From: a virus
Taxonomy: Duplodnaviria > Caudoviricetes
Direction: 5' to 3' (one strand)
IMG/VR virus record: IMGVR_UViG_3300031420_000495
Span: 128,001-192,000 of that record
DNA length: 64,000 nucleotides
Made by a program: the position numbers and the translations under genes. Position 1 is the stretch's first letter; each line of letters starts with the position of its first letter. The notes under the pieces were generated by a model. It was not told the DNA's origin and searched no databases. It saw only the letters and a list, made by a program, of their open reading frames with translations. Below, one piece after another: positions 28,024 through 36,752 of the stretch.

Positions 28024-28853
28024 CGTTTGCCTTTATTGAAACCGTTCTCGAGTGAAAGCACGAGGTCGGTCATGTTCGCAGCATAGAAGCCGCACGAGTT
28101 GATGGTTCCGATTTCCACGACTTTCATTCCTTCTGGAGTCTCGCAGACGTCGAGGCACCACGCTTCATGTGGCATCCAACCATCGTTGGCCATGCTCAAT
28201 GTGATCGACGTTTGGTTGTTCTTCGTCTTCAGAATCATGTTGACGAAGCGGAACACGTGGTCATCTACATGAGGAGAATATATCACACGATCGCCGCGTT
28301 TATAAAGAGATTGCGTGACGATGCGATCTTTGACGATCCAGAAACGATACTCGGCGTAAATCTTCTTCGGCTTGCAGACTTGAATCAGCGTGTCCTTCGA
28401 CAGGCTCGTGCCGTCATCTTCTTCAAGTACGCAGACTTTCTTCTGCCACTCTTCGAACTCTGACTTGTCCATCACCGTACCTGCGAAGACTTTACTGTCT
28501 TCGATTGGACGGATGAACATGACATCTTCGGTGAAGACAGCATCTTCGAAACGGGAAACAACAGCATCAGCATTGAGCATGTACTGGCCCCAATGTTGCA
28601 TTTGCTTGTTGAAGTTCTGCGGTTCAAGATCGAATACGCCAGGACGCCAACCATTCTTTCTGGCAGCGTGACGCAATGAGTATGAACCCATGCAGATGAC
28701 GTTGTCGTCTTCAAGCACGGGTTCAGGTGTGATTTCGCCGATAAACGGGATCACTTTGTGAATCGAGTGCGGTATTTTGAACCGCACCAGAGTGTCAAGC
28801 AGCGTTTGGTACGCTGCTTCATTGAACAGATTGTCTTGGAGTATCCAGTGCAT
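28020..28853 (-). CDS. ATP-grasp protein (DUF4343/R2K-like)
   Basis: FIRP..DSKVFAG, EYRFWIV, CLDV, KVVEIGTINSCGFY. Confidence 0.8.
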   Translation of the reverse strand: MHWILQDNLFNEAAYQTLLDTLVRFKIPHSIHKVIPFIGEITPEPVLEDDNVICMGSYSLRHAARKNGWRPGVFDLEPQNFNKQMQHWGQYMLNADAVVSRFEDAVFTEDVMFIRPIEDSKVFAGTVMDKSEFEEWQKKVCVLEEDDGTSLSKDTLIQVCKPKKIYAEYRFWIVKDRIVTQSLYKRGDRVIYSPHVDDHVFRFVNMILKTKNNQTSITLSMANDGWMPHEAWCLDVCETPEGMKVVEIGTINSCGFYAANMTDLVLSLENGFNKGKR

Positions 28854-29266
28854 TATGCTTTCGCAGTCGTAGCGCGCGGACGCTTCGGCAGGACAACACC
28901 AGCGTCACGCATGTGGGCGGCATACCAACGCAGGCAGCCCACAGTGGTTTTGGCCGAAGGGAACTGATCCTTGACAGCGGCCAGGATTTCGTCGTACGAC
29001 AGGCCGGTCGCGCCATCAGCCTTGACCAGCAGGGCTTCAGCAACCGAGCGGATCGAGATTTTCTTCGGGGCGGTTTCTTTCACAACGATCTTGTTGCCGT
29101 TTTCGTCGAAGGTCTTGGCCAGGTCGATCTGCTTTTCAGCGGCGATCTTCATCAGACGCGCGACAGCTTTTGCGCGGGCGTTGAAGGTCTTGTTGGTAGC
29201 GGTGCCGCCCAGTGCGTTGATCATCGAAACCAGGGTAGCCATCGTGAAGTTGGTCAGGTTCGTCAT
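28853..29266 (-). CDS. basic early protein, possible HTH DNA-binding C-terminus
   Basis: Lys/Ala-rich; GLSYDEILAAVKDQFP..TT..CLRWY. Confidence 0.7.
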   Translation of the reverse strand: MTNLTNFTMATLVSMINALGGTATNKTFNARAKAVARLMKIAAEKQIDLAKTFDENGNKIVVKETAPKKISIRSVAEALLVKADGATGLSYDEILAAVKDQFPSAKTTVGCLRWYAAHMRDAGVVLPKRPRATTAKA

Positions 29267-29336
29267 TTTCGTTTACTCCGTAGTGTTTGTCGATGGATTC
29301 ATTATACATGAAACCCATTACGGAGCACAGTACTTT
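29264..29336 (-). repeat. promoter/leader cassette copy 1 (TGTGCT-N17-TATAAT)
   Basis: Near-identical to 42493-42566; shared 20-mer ttcattatacatgaaaccca. Confidence 0.85.
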
Positions 29337-29358
29337 GTGCAGGTATTTGAAAAATTTT

Positions 29359-29664
29359 TCAGATTTTCCAAATAGGCGACATCAAAATATTATCGATGGT
29401 CCATGCCGAATAATGCTTCTCGACAGGCGTGCCATTGACCTGCGTGTGCAGTTCAACGCTGTCACGATTTGCGAAGCCTTGAACACGTACCATCTCTTCG
29501 CCATTGACTGGGAAGTTTTCCGGAACAGCAAGAACGCCGCACACCATCATCAGCTTCATGCCTTTTGGCAAGTTATCCGGACGAGTATTCGTGTCGCGGA
29601 AGAACAGTTGACCAGTGACAAGAGGCTGTTGGCCTTCCATTGCCAATTCGATTAAGCGGCTCAT
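29359..29664 (-). CDS. hypothetical protein
   Basis: ORF between terminator and promoter. Confidence 0.6.
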   Translation of the reverse strand: MSRLIELAMEGQQPLVTGQLFFRDTNTRPDNLPKGMKLMMVCGVLAVPENFPVNGEEMVRVQGFANRDSVELHTQVNGTPVEKHYSAWTIDNILMSPIWKI

Positions 29665-29682
29665 AAGATTTCCGTAGATGTG

Positions 29683-29710
29683 AAAAGAGGATCATATCAG
29701 ATCCTCTTTT
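29683..29710. terminator. intrinsic terminator (bidirectional)
   Basis: aaaagaggatc-atatca-gatcctctttt. Confidence 0.8.
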
Positions 29711-29714
29711 TGTG

Positions 29715-29924
29715 TTACTGCTTTTCCGTGCGTTCAACGTGCTTCGCTGTCTCGATCATATCATCGAGCTTCCACGCAGAGTCTGTTAGCTTCACGGCAA
29801 TGCCGATGAAGTCAGATTCGTTTCGTGGAAACTGTTTCGCGTACTCATGCATTTTGTGATGCAGCGCGTAGAGTTGATCTTGAATCTCTGTCAGTTCTGT
29901 TGACGACGGATAAACATTACTCAT
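29715..29924 (-). CDS. hypothetical protein (69 aa)
   Basis: Coupled small ORF. Confidence 0.6.
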   Translation of the reverse strand: MSNVYPSSTELTEIQDQLYALHHKMHEYAKQFPRNESDFIGIAVKLTDSAWKLDDMIETAKHVERTEKQ

Positions 29925-30111
29925 TTGCTTCTTTCAGGTTGATGACTTCAACGAAGCTGTGACCGTCCAAACATGTGCCCACTGCTGGCGGCATTGGATC
30001 ACCTTTCAGGACGTACACAACTTGAGGATGCCGGCCATCGTGCGGAGTGCGAATGATCGCGTAATCCGCATCGATGTTACGTCCTGATTGTATCATCTCT
30101 TCGCGTGTCAT
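29917..30111 (-). CDS. hypothetical protein (64 aa)
   Basis: Coupled small ORF. Confidence 0.6.
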   Translation of the reverse strand: MTREEMIQSGRNIDADYAIIRTPHDGRHPQVVYVLKGDPMPPAVGTCLDGHSFVEVINLKEANE

Positions 30112-30326
30112 AGGAAAGCTTCTTTCGGGATTGCCGAAAGGAACTCAGGCAGATAGCCGACTTCCGATGTGTACTCGTACGAGACTTCGCGGGTCTCATA
30201 GCTTTCCAGGCCGAGGAAATAATCGCGCTTGACAGTGTGGTCTTGATTCACCAGTTCACCGTCGACGTACAATGCTTCCCAGTCATCGCAGTTTGTAACC
30301 AACACAGCTTTACGAGTTGTCATCAT
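30108..30326 (-). CDS. hypothetical protein
   Basis: DDWEALYVDGELV..H pattern common in phage small proteins. Confidence 0.6.
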   Translation of the reverse strand: MMTTRKAVLVTNCDDWEALYVDGELVNQDHTVKRDYFLGLESYETREVSYEYTSEVGYLPEFLSAIPKEAFL

Positions 30327-30531
30327 TCTTCCTTTGCAGTTCAGCGATTTTGTCATGTGCGTGGTTCCGCACTTTCGGATCGGGGTGAAGCAGCCGTTCT
30401 ACGTACTGCTGCCAGCTTCGGCAGAGCATGAAAGCTTCGTGAACGTTCTTGCATTCACCCTGGAGATTGTGCAGATTGTCTTGCACAATCCAACCGCCAT
30501 CAGCGGTTGGACGGAAGTGGAAACGCTTCAT
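30310..30531 (-). CDS. hypothetical protein (73 aa)
   Basis: Coupled small ORF. Confidence 0.6.
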   Translation of the reverse strand: MKRFHFRPTADGGWIVQDNLHNLQGECKNVHEAFMLCRSWQQYVERLLHPDPKVRNHAHDKIAELQRKNDDNS

Positions 30532-30815
30532 TTGTCTCGCGCCTCGTCAAGTGCTTTGATTTCGGCAGGAGACAAGTACACGCTGCGGTCCGTGCCCTTG
30601 ACCATTATGCAACGCTGGCCTTTGCGTGGACCTGCTTTCGCTTCTCGGAAGACTGCACCAGTAACTTCCATGATGCAGCTTTCGCGGTCATCCAAGTCAC
30701 CGAGCCAGCCGAACTTGTAAAACAGAAAGTGCTCAGGAAGATTCTTCGCCTTTGCTCTGGCAGCAACTGCCACGTCCCACTTTTGGGTATCTTCGAGAAG
30801 TTTTCCCTTATCCAT
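30528..30815 (-). CDS. hypothetical protein (95 aa)
   Basis: Coupled to glf stop. Confidence 0.65.
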   Translation of the reverse strand: MDKGKLLEDTQKWDVAVAARAKAKNLPEHFLFYKFGWLGDLDDRESCIMEVTGAVFREAKAGPRKGQRCIMVKGTDRSVYLSPAEIKALDEARDK

Positions 30816-32113
30816 TATTCCTCCGGTAATTCCTCACCGGCCAGGAACTTCCGAACGTAGGTGAGAGTCGAGTTGACACACGGAATCATGTCCGTGTAAA
30901 CATATCGACCGCAGCGACCGATGAAGTGGATTCCATCTGCCTTTGCGCGATCGCGGTACTTCTTATATAGTTCGCGGTTCGGATCGACGGCATGCGACGT
31001 CTTGACTGGGTAGTAACGCTCCATGTCGTTGTCTCGGTAATCGCACGGCTCTTCGACGGTCAGCGTCGTCCAGTAAGGATTGCCGCCGTGGGCCGGAAGC
31101 GATTTCCACTCGGTGATGCGGGTGTGTGGTCCGTCGTGTGTGAAGTTGACGACAGGAGCCGGCAAAGCTTTCGGGAGTGGGACGCTGTAGACGTGGCACT
31201 TGATCGAACGCCATGGGAGTTCGCCGAGGTCGCAGTTGTAGTAGGTGTCGATTGGTTCAGCAGTGAAGATTTCATCGAAATTTCCTTTCCATTCATCCGG
31301 CACATGAGTCAAATGACCACCGATTTTCATCGGGAACGTCGGCACAGTATCTGCGTTCAGAAGTTCTTCACGCGAGATATTCAACAGCACAGTGATGTTC
31401 GGGTGATCGAAAATCTTTTCGAACATCGCGGTGTAACCTTCAGCCGGCAAACACTGGTGCTTGTCTTTCGGGAAGTAATACTTGTCGTGATCCGTCTTCG
31501 TTGGAATGCGAGCAGCAACTGACGCAGGCAGGTCCGACAGGTCCATCTCCCACATCTTCTTCGTGTACGGCGCGAAGAAGAGTTCGGTCAGTTCTTTGCC
31601 GACCGACGACTCGACGTGTTCACGCGAGTTTGTGACATCTTCGGGCTTGATCTGTTCGCGCTTCATTTCCATGAAGGCTTCATACGCACGTGGCTTGTAG
31701 TAATAGCCATCGTCCATGTCTTCGTCTTGATAGCCCCAGTATTCTTGGGTTGCGTTCTTACCGCATTGCACGAAGTTACTGAACTCTTTGCCGAACACGT
31801 CACGGATTGTTTGCGCGTTGATCGGCAGCGGAGTGTACCGGCCATCAGGCAGCAGAGCTTGTACCCAGTGTTTGTACGGAACCCATTCAGTAAACTGCGA
31901 CGCCCATTCTTGGGCCATGTCGGAATTGCCGTGCCACAGGTGCGGGCCGTACTTGTGAACACGAATGCCGTGTTCATTGATGTAGTCGTATGCGTTACCA
32001 GCGATGTGATTGCGCTTGTCGATGACCAGCACTTTCCATCCAGCTTCTGCGAGTTCACGCGCGACTACGGCACCGGCAAAACCGGCGCCTACTACGAGAG
32101 CTCGTTTAGACAC
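30815..32113 (-). CDS. glf: UDP-galactopyranose mutase
   Basis: VVGAGFAGA FAD motif, IDKRNHIAGNAYD, VHKYGPHLWH, RYYPV, GRCGRYVYTDM. Confidence 0.92.
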   Translation of the reverse strand: MSKRALVVGAGFAGAVVARELAEAGWKVLVIDKRNHIAGNAYDYINEHGIRVHKYGPHLWHGNSDMAQEWASQFTEWVPYKHWVQALLPDGRYTPLPINAQTIRDVFGKEFSNFVQCGKNATQEYWGYQDEDMDDGYYYKPRAYEAFMEMKREQIKPEDVTNSREHVESSVGKELTELFFAPYTKKMWEMDLSDLPASVAARIPTKTDHDKYYFPKDKHQCLPAEGYTAMFEKIFDHPNITVLLNISREELLNADTVPTFPMKIGGHLTHVPDEWKGNFDEIFTAEPIDTYYNCDLGELPWRSIKCHVYSVPLPKALPAPVVNFTHDGPHTRITEWKSLPAHGGNPYWTTLTVEEPCDYRDNDMERYYPVKTSHAVDPNRELYKKYRDRAKADGIHFIGRCGRYVYTDMIPCVNSTLTYVRKFLAGEELPEE

Positions 32114-32339
32114 GGTAGTATTTCCTTTCGAATTCGTAATCGGACTTGATCAGGTACAGCACAGCTTCGATCATACCGACTACGCCCGGAATGCCTGTCC
32201 AGCAGAGGAGCAGGTATACAACACCTTGGAACGTTTGCCCAAGATAAAACTTGTGAAAGCCGAAGCTTCCCAAGAAGAAAGCCAATAAGGCCGCAACCAC
32301 ACGTGGCGTCATTTTAATCCTTCGTAAGCGCTCAAGCAC
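32106..32339 (-). CDS. TM2/NINE-domain membrane protein
   Basis: ALLAFFLGSFGFHKFYLG...LLLCWTGIPGVVGMIEA. Confidence 0.88.
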   Translation of the reverse strand: MLERLRRIKMTPRVVAALLAFFLGSFGFHKFYLGQTFQGVVYLLLCWTGIPGVVGMIEAVLYLIKSDYEFERKYYRV

Positions 32340-33151
32340 ATGGCGTCGAGGTCGTGTGTGAGCGAGATGTGTTTATATTGTTCCGGGCAGATGATTGACG
32401 CGACATCGCCCGGACGACGTGGAATGATTGTAACAGGGAAATCTTGGCCCGTCACTTTTTTCATCGCGTCGAGAACTTCCTTGACAGAATAACCCGTGCC
32501 AGAGCCGAGACATTCGTAAGGCGTATTTGCTGGACCGGCTCCGATTGCGTTCACGATCGAAGTTGCCAGGTCGCGTGCATCGATGTAGTCGCGCACACAT
32601 GTTCCGTCAGGAGTTTCCCAATCGTCACCAAACACTGGCACATCGATTGCAAGTCCTTTCGCTGCTCTTGCTGCGCGGCAAATCAGGTGCCGCGAGTGAG
32701 TCTCGCCAGAAACTTCTGGGCGTCGACCAGCGACATTGTAGAAGCGGAAGATCGTGTAGCCATCATCGAGTTGGAACTTGATTTCTTCTTCGCACGACCG
32801 TTTTGATTGTGCGAAGGCAGTGATCGGATTGAATGCTTCGCCAGTGGATGCAAAGATGAAGTGGGCGTTCTTGCGATGACGCAACATGCGTTTCGTTGCC
32901 TCAACATTATCTTGACCACTGACGTATGCACCGAGGTGGATGATGACGTCATAATCTTCTCGCAGGAACTCGAGTGCACCTTGCGACAGAATGTTTCCGT
33001 CGTATGCGGTGTTTGCTTTGTTGATGACCCAGTTGTGCGATGTGCCGAGAAACTTGTCGATGAAACACAAGTCGGTATAACCACGATCCAGCAACTCGAA
33101 TACCACATGAGACCCAATATAACCGGCAGCGCCGGTCAAAAGGATTTTCAT
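32309..33151 (-). CDS. GalE-like NAD-dependent epimerase/dehydratase, degenerate (YxxxK -> FxxxK)
   Basis: LLTGAAGYIGSH, FRFYNVAG, GTCVRDYI, RRPGD retained; catalytic Tyr replaced by Phe (TTC). Confidence 0.8.
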   Translation of the reverse strand: MKILLTGAAGYIGSHVVFELLDRGYTDLCFIDKFLGTSHNWVINKANTAYDGNILSQGALEFLREDYDVIIHLGAYVSGQDNVEATKRMLRHRKNAHFIFASTGEAFNPITAFAQSKRSCEEEIKFQLDDGYTIFRFYNVAGRRPEVSGETHSRHLICRAARAAKGLAIDVPVFGDDWETPDGTCVRDYIDARDLATSIVNAIGAGPANTPYECLGSGTGYSVKEVLDAMKKVTGQDFPVTIIPRRPGDVASIICPEQYKHISLTHDLDAMCLSAYEGLK

Positions 33152-33633
33152 GTTGGTTCCCAGTCGAGGAGTGGTTGGTCGCCTTTCACATAGAGAGGGT
33201 GACGTGGGGAACCGTTCTTCGTGGTGCCTAAACATTTTAGTTTTGTTCCGTTTGCTTTGAGAACTTCAGCGGCATGTTGCACGCGGTCAGCACGAGCATT
33301 CGTGCCCCATGCGCAGACGACTTCAGGACACTTGGACGCGATCTTCGCAAGCCACATGTCGTTTTCAGGACCGACTGGATCGGTACACTTCCAGAGTTCT
33401 TCTGGCTTGGTTGCGCGCAATGCGTACAGGTTGACGACGACGATGCCGCCATACCCGAACTTCTCTGCAAAGCTGAGGCAACGGCGGATTGTTGGATCAT
33501 CGATCTTGTCATCAGCCGTGCTTGGGTTGAGCATGATGAATGGCAACTGGTTCAGTTCACCACGCAACAAGAAGTAGCGGTATGCACCGCAATCGCTGAT
33601 GACGGCAGATTTCATGGTTGGATTGAGTACCAT
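33148..33633 (-). CDS. DUF1643 family protein
   Basis: FIMLNPSTAD..DDPTIRRC, VNLYALRAT, AWG, PRHPLY. Confidence 0.88.
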   Translation of the reverse strand: MVLNPTMKSAVISDCGAYRYFLLRGELNQLPFIMLNPSTADDKIDDPTIRRCLSFAEKFGYGGIVVVNLYALRATKPEELWKCTDPVGPENDMWLAKIASKCPEVVCAWGTNARADRVQHAAEVLKANGTKLKCLGTTKNGSPRHPLYVKGDQPLLDWEPT

Positions 33634-33827
33634 GCGGTACAGTCAAGTTTCAGAAGATTTATCTTATCACGTAATTCTTCATCGTCATGGACATACAAGA
33701 ACTTGTCGCGAAGTAACTTGTGATCTGGATCAACGTGATGATAGATAAACGTCAAATACCCAAGATGCTGACAGAGCAGCAACTTGAGTTTTGCATCATC
33801 AGGCGAACTGATGGCAACGACTTTCAT
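33612..33827 (-). CDS. hypothetical protein (71 aa)
   Basis: Coupled ORF. Confidence 0.55.
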   Translation of the reverse strand: MKVVAISSPDDAKLKLLLCQHLGYLTFIYHHVDPDHKLLRDKFLYVHDDEELRDKINLLKLDCTAWYSIQP

Positions 33828-34240
33828 TCCACGAGTTTGTCGTTGAAGTAGATTTCGACGTCGAACTTGTCGCCGGAGTCATCGTAGAACACCAGGTCGA
33901 AGCCCTGCAGTGCAGCTGCAACACCGTCGCATGTGATGTCGCCTTCGTAGAAGTCGTCGGCCCAACCTTCGGCAAGCTTATAGGCATCTTCGATGCCCTG
34001 TGCTTCGTATACAGGCGCGATGGTTTCTGTGGCTTCATCGAAGTCTGCGCCGAACTTGGTCATCGTGATGATCGCGAGAATATCGTTCTTCAGCAGCTCG
34101 AGATGTTCTGGGCTGTCGTCGTATTGATGTTCTTTTGAAGTATAGCCATCAGCATCGCCGTGCATATAGTGTGCAGCCAGTACGTACTGATTGCGGATCA
34201 GCGCAGGGTCGTGCTTGAATTTGAATTGAATGTCAATCAT
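33824..34240 (-). CDS. hypothetical protein, paralog of next gene
   Basis: Shares YxLxAxYMHGDxxG and xYDxxGxKxxxxx with 34233-34673. Confidence 0.75.
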   Translation of the reverse strand: MIDIQFKFKHDPALIRNQYVLAAHYMHGDADGYTSKEHQYDDSPEHLELLKNDILAIITMTKFGADFDEATETIAPVYEAQGIEDAYKLAEGWADDFYEGDITCDGVAAALQGFDLVFYDDSGDKFDVEIYFNDKLVE

Positions 34241-34673
34241 TGATTGGTTTCCCGTTTACTTTCACGTTCATGCTGTACTTGACACCCATTTCGTCGTACA
34301 GAAACACGTTGACATCTCGCAATGTCGCTGCGTATTCGTAACTGTTGTCGGTGTCATCATCAACCACGAACTCTTCGATGAATGCTTCGACGTCGTCTTC
34401 GACCCAGTGAAAGTTGTTGTGCTCCGCGAAAAACTCGCGGACCCGTTCTTTCGCGTCTTCAGTCGTTATTCCGAACCGACCTGCTGGCAACGTCTTCATG
34501 AAGGCAAGGCCTTCAAGATCGAAGTTCAGGCTGGCGATGTCGTCGCGCAAATACGAACTGGTAACGACCGAACTTCCGTTCATGTCGCCATGCATGTACT
34601 GGGCTTCGAGTTGATACATGTTCTTGTATTCCGGAACTGCGATTCGACTTCCGTGTCTGATTTCGACTGTCAT
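34233..34673 (-). CDS. hypothetical protein, paralog of previous gene
   Basis: YQLEAQYMHGDMNG...LYDEMGVKY. Confidence 0.75.
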   Translation of the reverse strand: MTVEIRHGSRIAVPEYKNMYQLEAQYMHGDMNGSSVVTSSYLRDDIASLNFDLEGLAFMKTLPAGRFGITTEDAKERVREFFAEHNNFHWVEDDVEAFIEEFVVDDDTDNSYEYAATLRDVNVFLYDEMGVKYSMNVKVNGKPIND

Positions 34674-35257
34674 GCCAGTGCCTCTTTCAGGATGTCGGCC
34701 GCATCGCGGAACTGGCCGGTAGTCGGATCGGTTACGCAGATGATGCGCTTATCACGGATGATCGACTTGTTGAACGCGGCGATGAAGCGATCTTGTTCAG
34801 CTTCGCGCTTCGTGTCGTCGAAGCTGTCACCATCCGAAACGAAGTGCTGCGATGACGCGAAGTCTTCTGTCAGCAGAATCAGACGAACCATGCTGGTCTC
34901 GTCAATGCCGAAACGCTTTTCCAGATCGAAGACATAGTTGCCATCGTACTTGCGGTACAGCGGTGCGTATACGGCTTCACCCAAGTGCCAGCGATCGAAG
35001 ATGATGCGTGCACCGGATTGGGAAAGCTTCATCGAGTTACGGAAGCACGCTTGCTGATAGTGGAAGAGTTCGGGGTAACAGTTGTCTCGATCGTGGGCAA
35101 TGTCGTCCGGCATGATCGAGTACTTGTATTTCTCAAGACGTTGTGGTTTGCCGAAGTGGATGACCTGGAAAAAACCCAGCTCGCGCTGGATTCCTTCCAC
35201 AAGAGTAGACTTGCCTAACCGGTCAAGTCCTTCAATTGCGTAGACGAACTTGCTCAT
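34670..35257 (-). CDS. thymidylate-kinase-like dNMP kinase
   Basis: AIEGLDRLGKST P-loop, IIFDRWHLGEAVY. Confidence 0.85.
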   Translation of the reverse strand: MSKFVYAIEGLDRLGKSTLVEGIQRELGFFQVIHFGKPQRLEKYKYSIMPDDIAHDRDNCYPELFHYQQACFRNSMKLSQSGARIIFDRWHLGEAVYAPLYRKYDGNYVFDLEKRFGIDETSMVRLILLTEDFASSQHFVSDGDSFDDTKREAEQDRFIAAFNKSIIRDKRIICVTDPTTGQFRDAADILKEALA

Positions 35258-35544
35258 ACTTCGATGCAGATGTCCGAGTTGTGATACTCGGCCACTGGAT
35301 TGCCACGGTTGTCTTCGATGGTGATGCTGAAGTCGACGGCTTCGGATGCTTCTTGAATGAAGCTATCGCCGAACAAGTCGTCCATGACGCCAACGAGTTC
35401 GAATGCGGCGTCCTTGTATGTACCATCGCCGAGACGGGTGTTGTACAACATGGCGCCGATGTATTGCAGTTGCTCGAGCGTCATCTTGACGAGGAAGTCA
35501 CCTTGGCCAACTGGCATGTCTTCTGGGCGGGAGATAATTTTCAT
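35254..35544 (-). CDS. hypothetical protein (96 aa)
   Basis: Coupled ORF. Confidence 0.65.
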   Translation of the reverse strand: MKIISRPEDMPVGQGDFLVKMTLEQLQYIGAMLYNTRLGDGTYKDAAFELVGVMDDLFGDSFIQEASEAVDFSITIEDNRGNPVAEYHNSDICIEV

Positions 35545-36677
35545 GAGGTAAATCCGATCGGTCGTTTGCGACGGAAAGTGTCGCTTGGTTGTTGAGAAAA
35601 TATTTCAGCGAGGCTGATCAAAGTTTTGTTTGGGGGTATTGAACCGGCACCTGCCTCGTCGATAACTGCTTGCGCTTCGTCGACGGTCAGAGGGCGAAAT
35701 TGTACCACATCGAAGCAACGCCCCGGGCGCATCAAAGCCGCGTCGATGTCGTTGATGTTCGGAAGGTTGGTCGAGAAGATGAGCTTCTTGTCGGCCGCCG
35801 AGATGAGACCATCCGAAACGTTGAGGAACTTGTGCATCATCGTGTTGCCTTCCTCGCGCGATTGGAGGAACGCGTCAGCGTCTTCCATCACGAGGAAGCG
35901 CGTGTCATCGTCGATGAAACCGGCGAACAGCCCGTCATCGTTCATGACCTTTTCGTCGTATGCGACTTTTGCATCGCCACCGCTGCGGTGGATGATGTTC
36001 TTGATGAAGGTGGTTTTGCCGAGACCTGGTGGTCCGATGAGAATCAGAACGCTGGCGTCCGAGTTCAGATAGTTGTCGATGTAGTCATCGAGGTCGCCCT
36101 TGATCCATGGGTACGCAGCACGGATTGCTTTGCGGTAGTTCAGCGGAACGCTGATGCTGTGCCCGTTGCTGGAGTACACCCACTCGATCAGGTTCTCAGC
36201 ACGGGAGAACTGGGCATCGAGTTTCGCGATCCACGCCTTGACCCATTTCGGATCGCCGACGTGTTCGACTTCCATCTTGCCGCGACCTGCGGTCATCTTA
36301 ATGATGCCGTCTTCGCATTGGATGAGAACGCGATTTGCGCTCAGGAAAGTGAAGCTGTGATTGGTATTGTCCATCACCCATTCAGCGAGTGCGAACGATG
36401 CGGGCACGAGCCAAGTCACGTCGACTTGAACAGTGCTGATGCCTGCGAGGTGGCGAGTGCGAATGAGGTCCGCGAAAATCCAGTCTTCGGTACCATATAC
36501 ACCGAGCATCACTTCATTGCGTTGGAGACCTTCTTCGCCGGCCATCAGGTGGGTGTCATCCATAGTCGATGGGCTTTGATGCGGGTACGATTGCGGCATG
36601 CGTGATTTCCTTACTGTTTTACGGGCGAGTCTTATTTCTCGACGATATGAGTCGGTGGACAGTGGTGTCGTTGACAT
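35541..36677 (-). CDS. AAA+ ATPase
   Basis: GPPGLGKT Walker A, LVMEDAD Walker B, STN sensor, DAALMRPGRCFD; true start may be about 36563. Confidence 0.9.
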   Translation of the reverse strand: MSTTPLSTDSYRREIRLARKTVRKSRMPQSYPHQSPSTMDDTHLMAGEEGLQRNEVMLGVYGTEDWIFADLIRTRHLAGISTVQVDVTWLVPASFALAEWVMDNTNHSFTFLSANRVLIQCEDGIIKMTAGRGKMEVEHVGDPKWVKAWIAKLDAQFSRAENLIEWVYSSNGHSISVPLNYRKAIRAAYPWIKGDLDDYIDNYLNSDASVLILIGPPGLGKTTFIKNIIHRSGGDAKVAYDEKVMNDDGLFAGFIDDDTRFLVMEDADAFLQSREEGNTMMHKFLNVSDGLISAADKKLIFSTNLPNINDIDAALMRPGRCFDVVQFRPLTVDEAQAVIDEAGAGSIPPNKTLISLAEIFSQQPSDTFRRKRPIGFTS

Positions 36678-36752
36678 AGTGTTCTGTGTGATTCGATAGA
36701 GGCATTATAGCTTAAATTCATACCACTATCGAATCGAACTTCGCGTTGAAGG

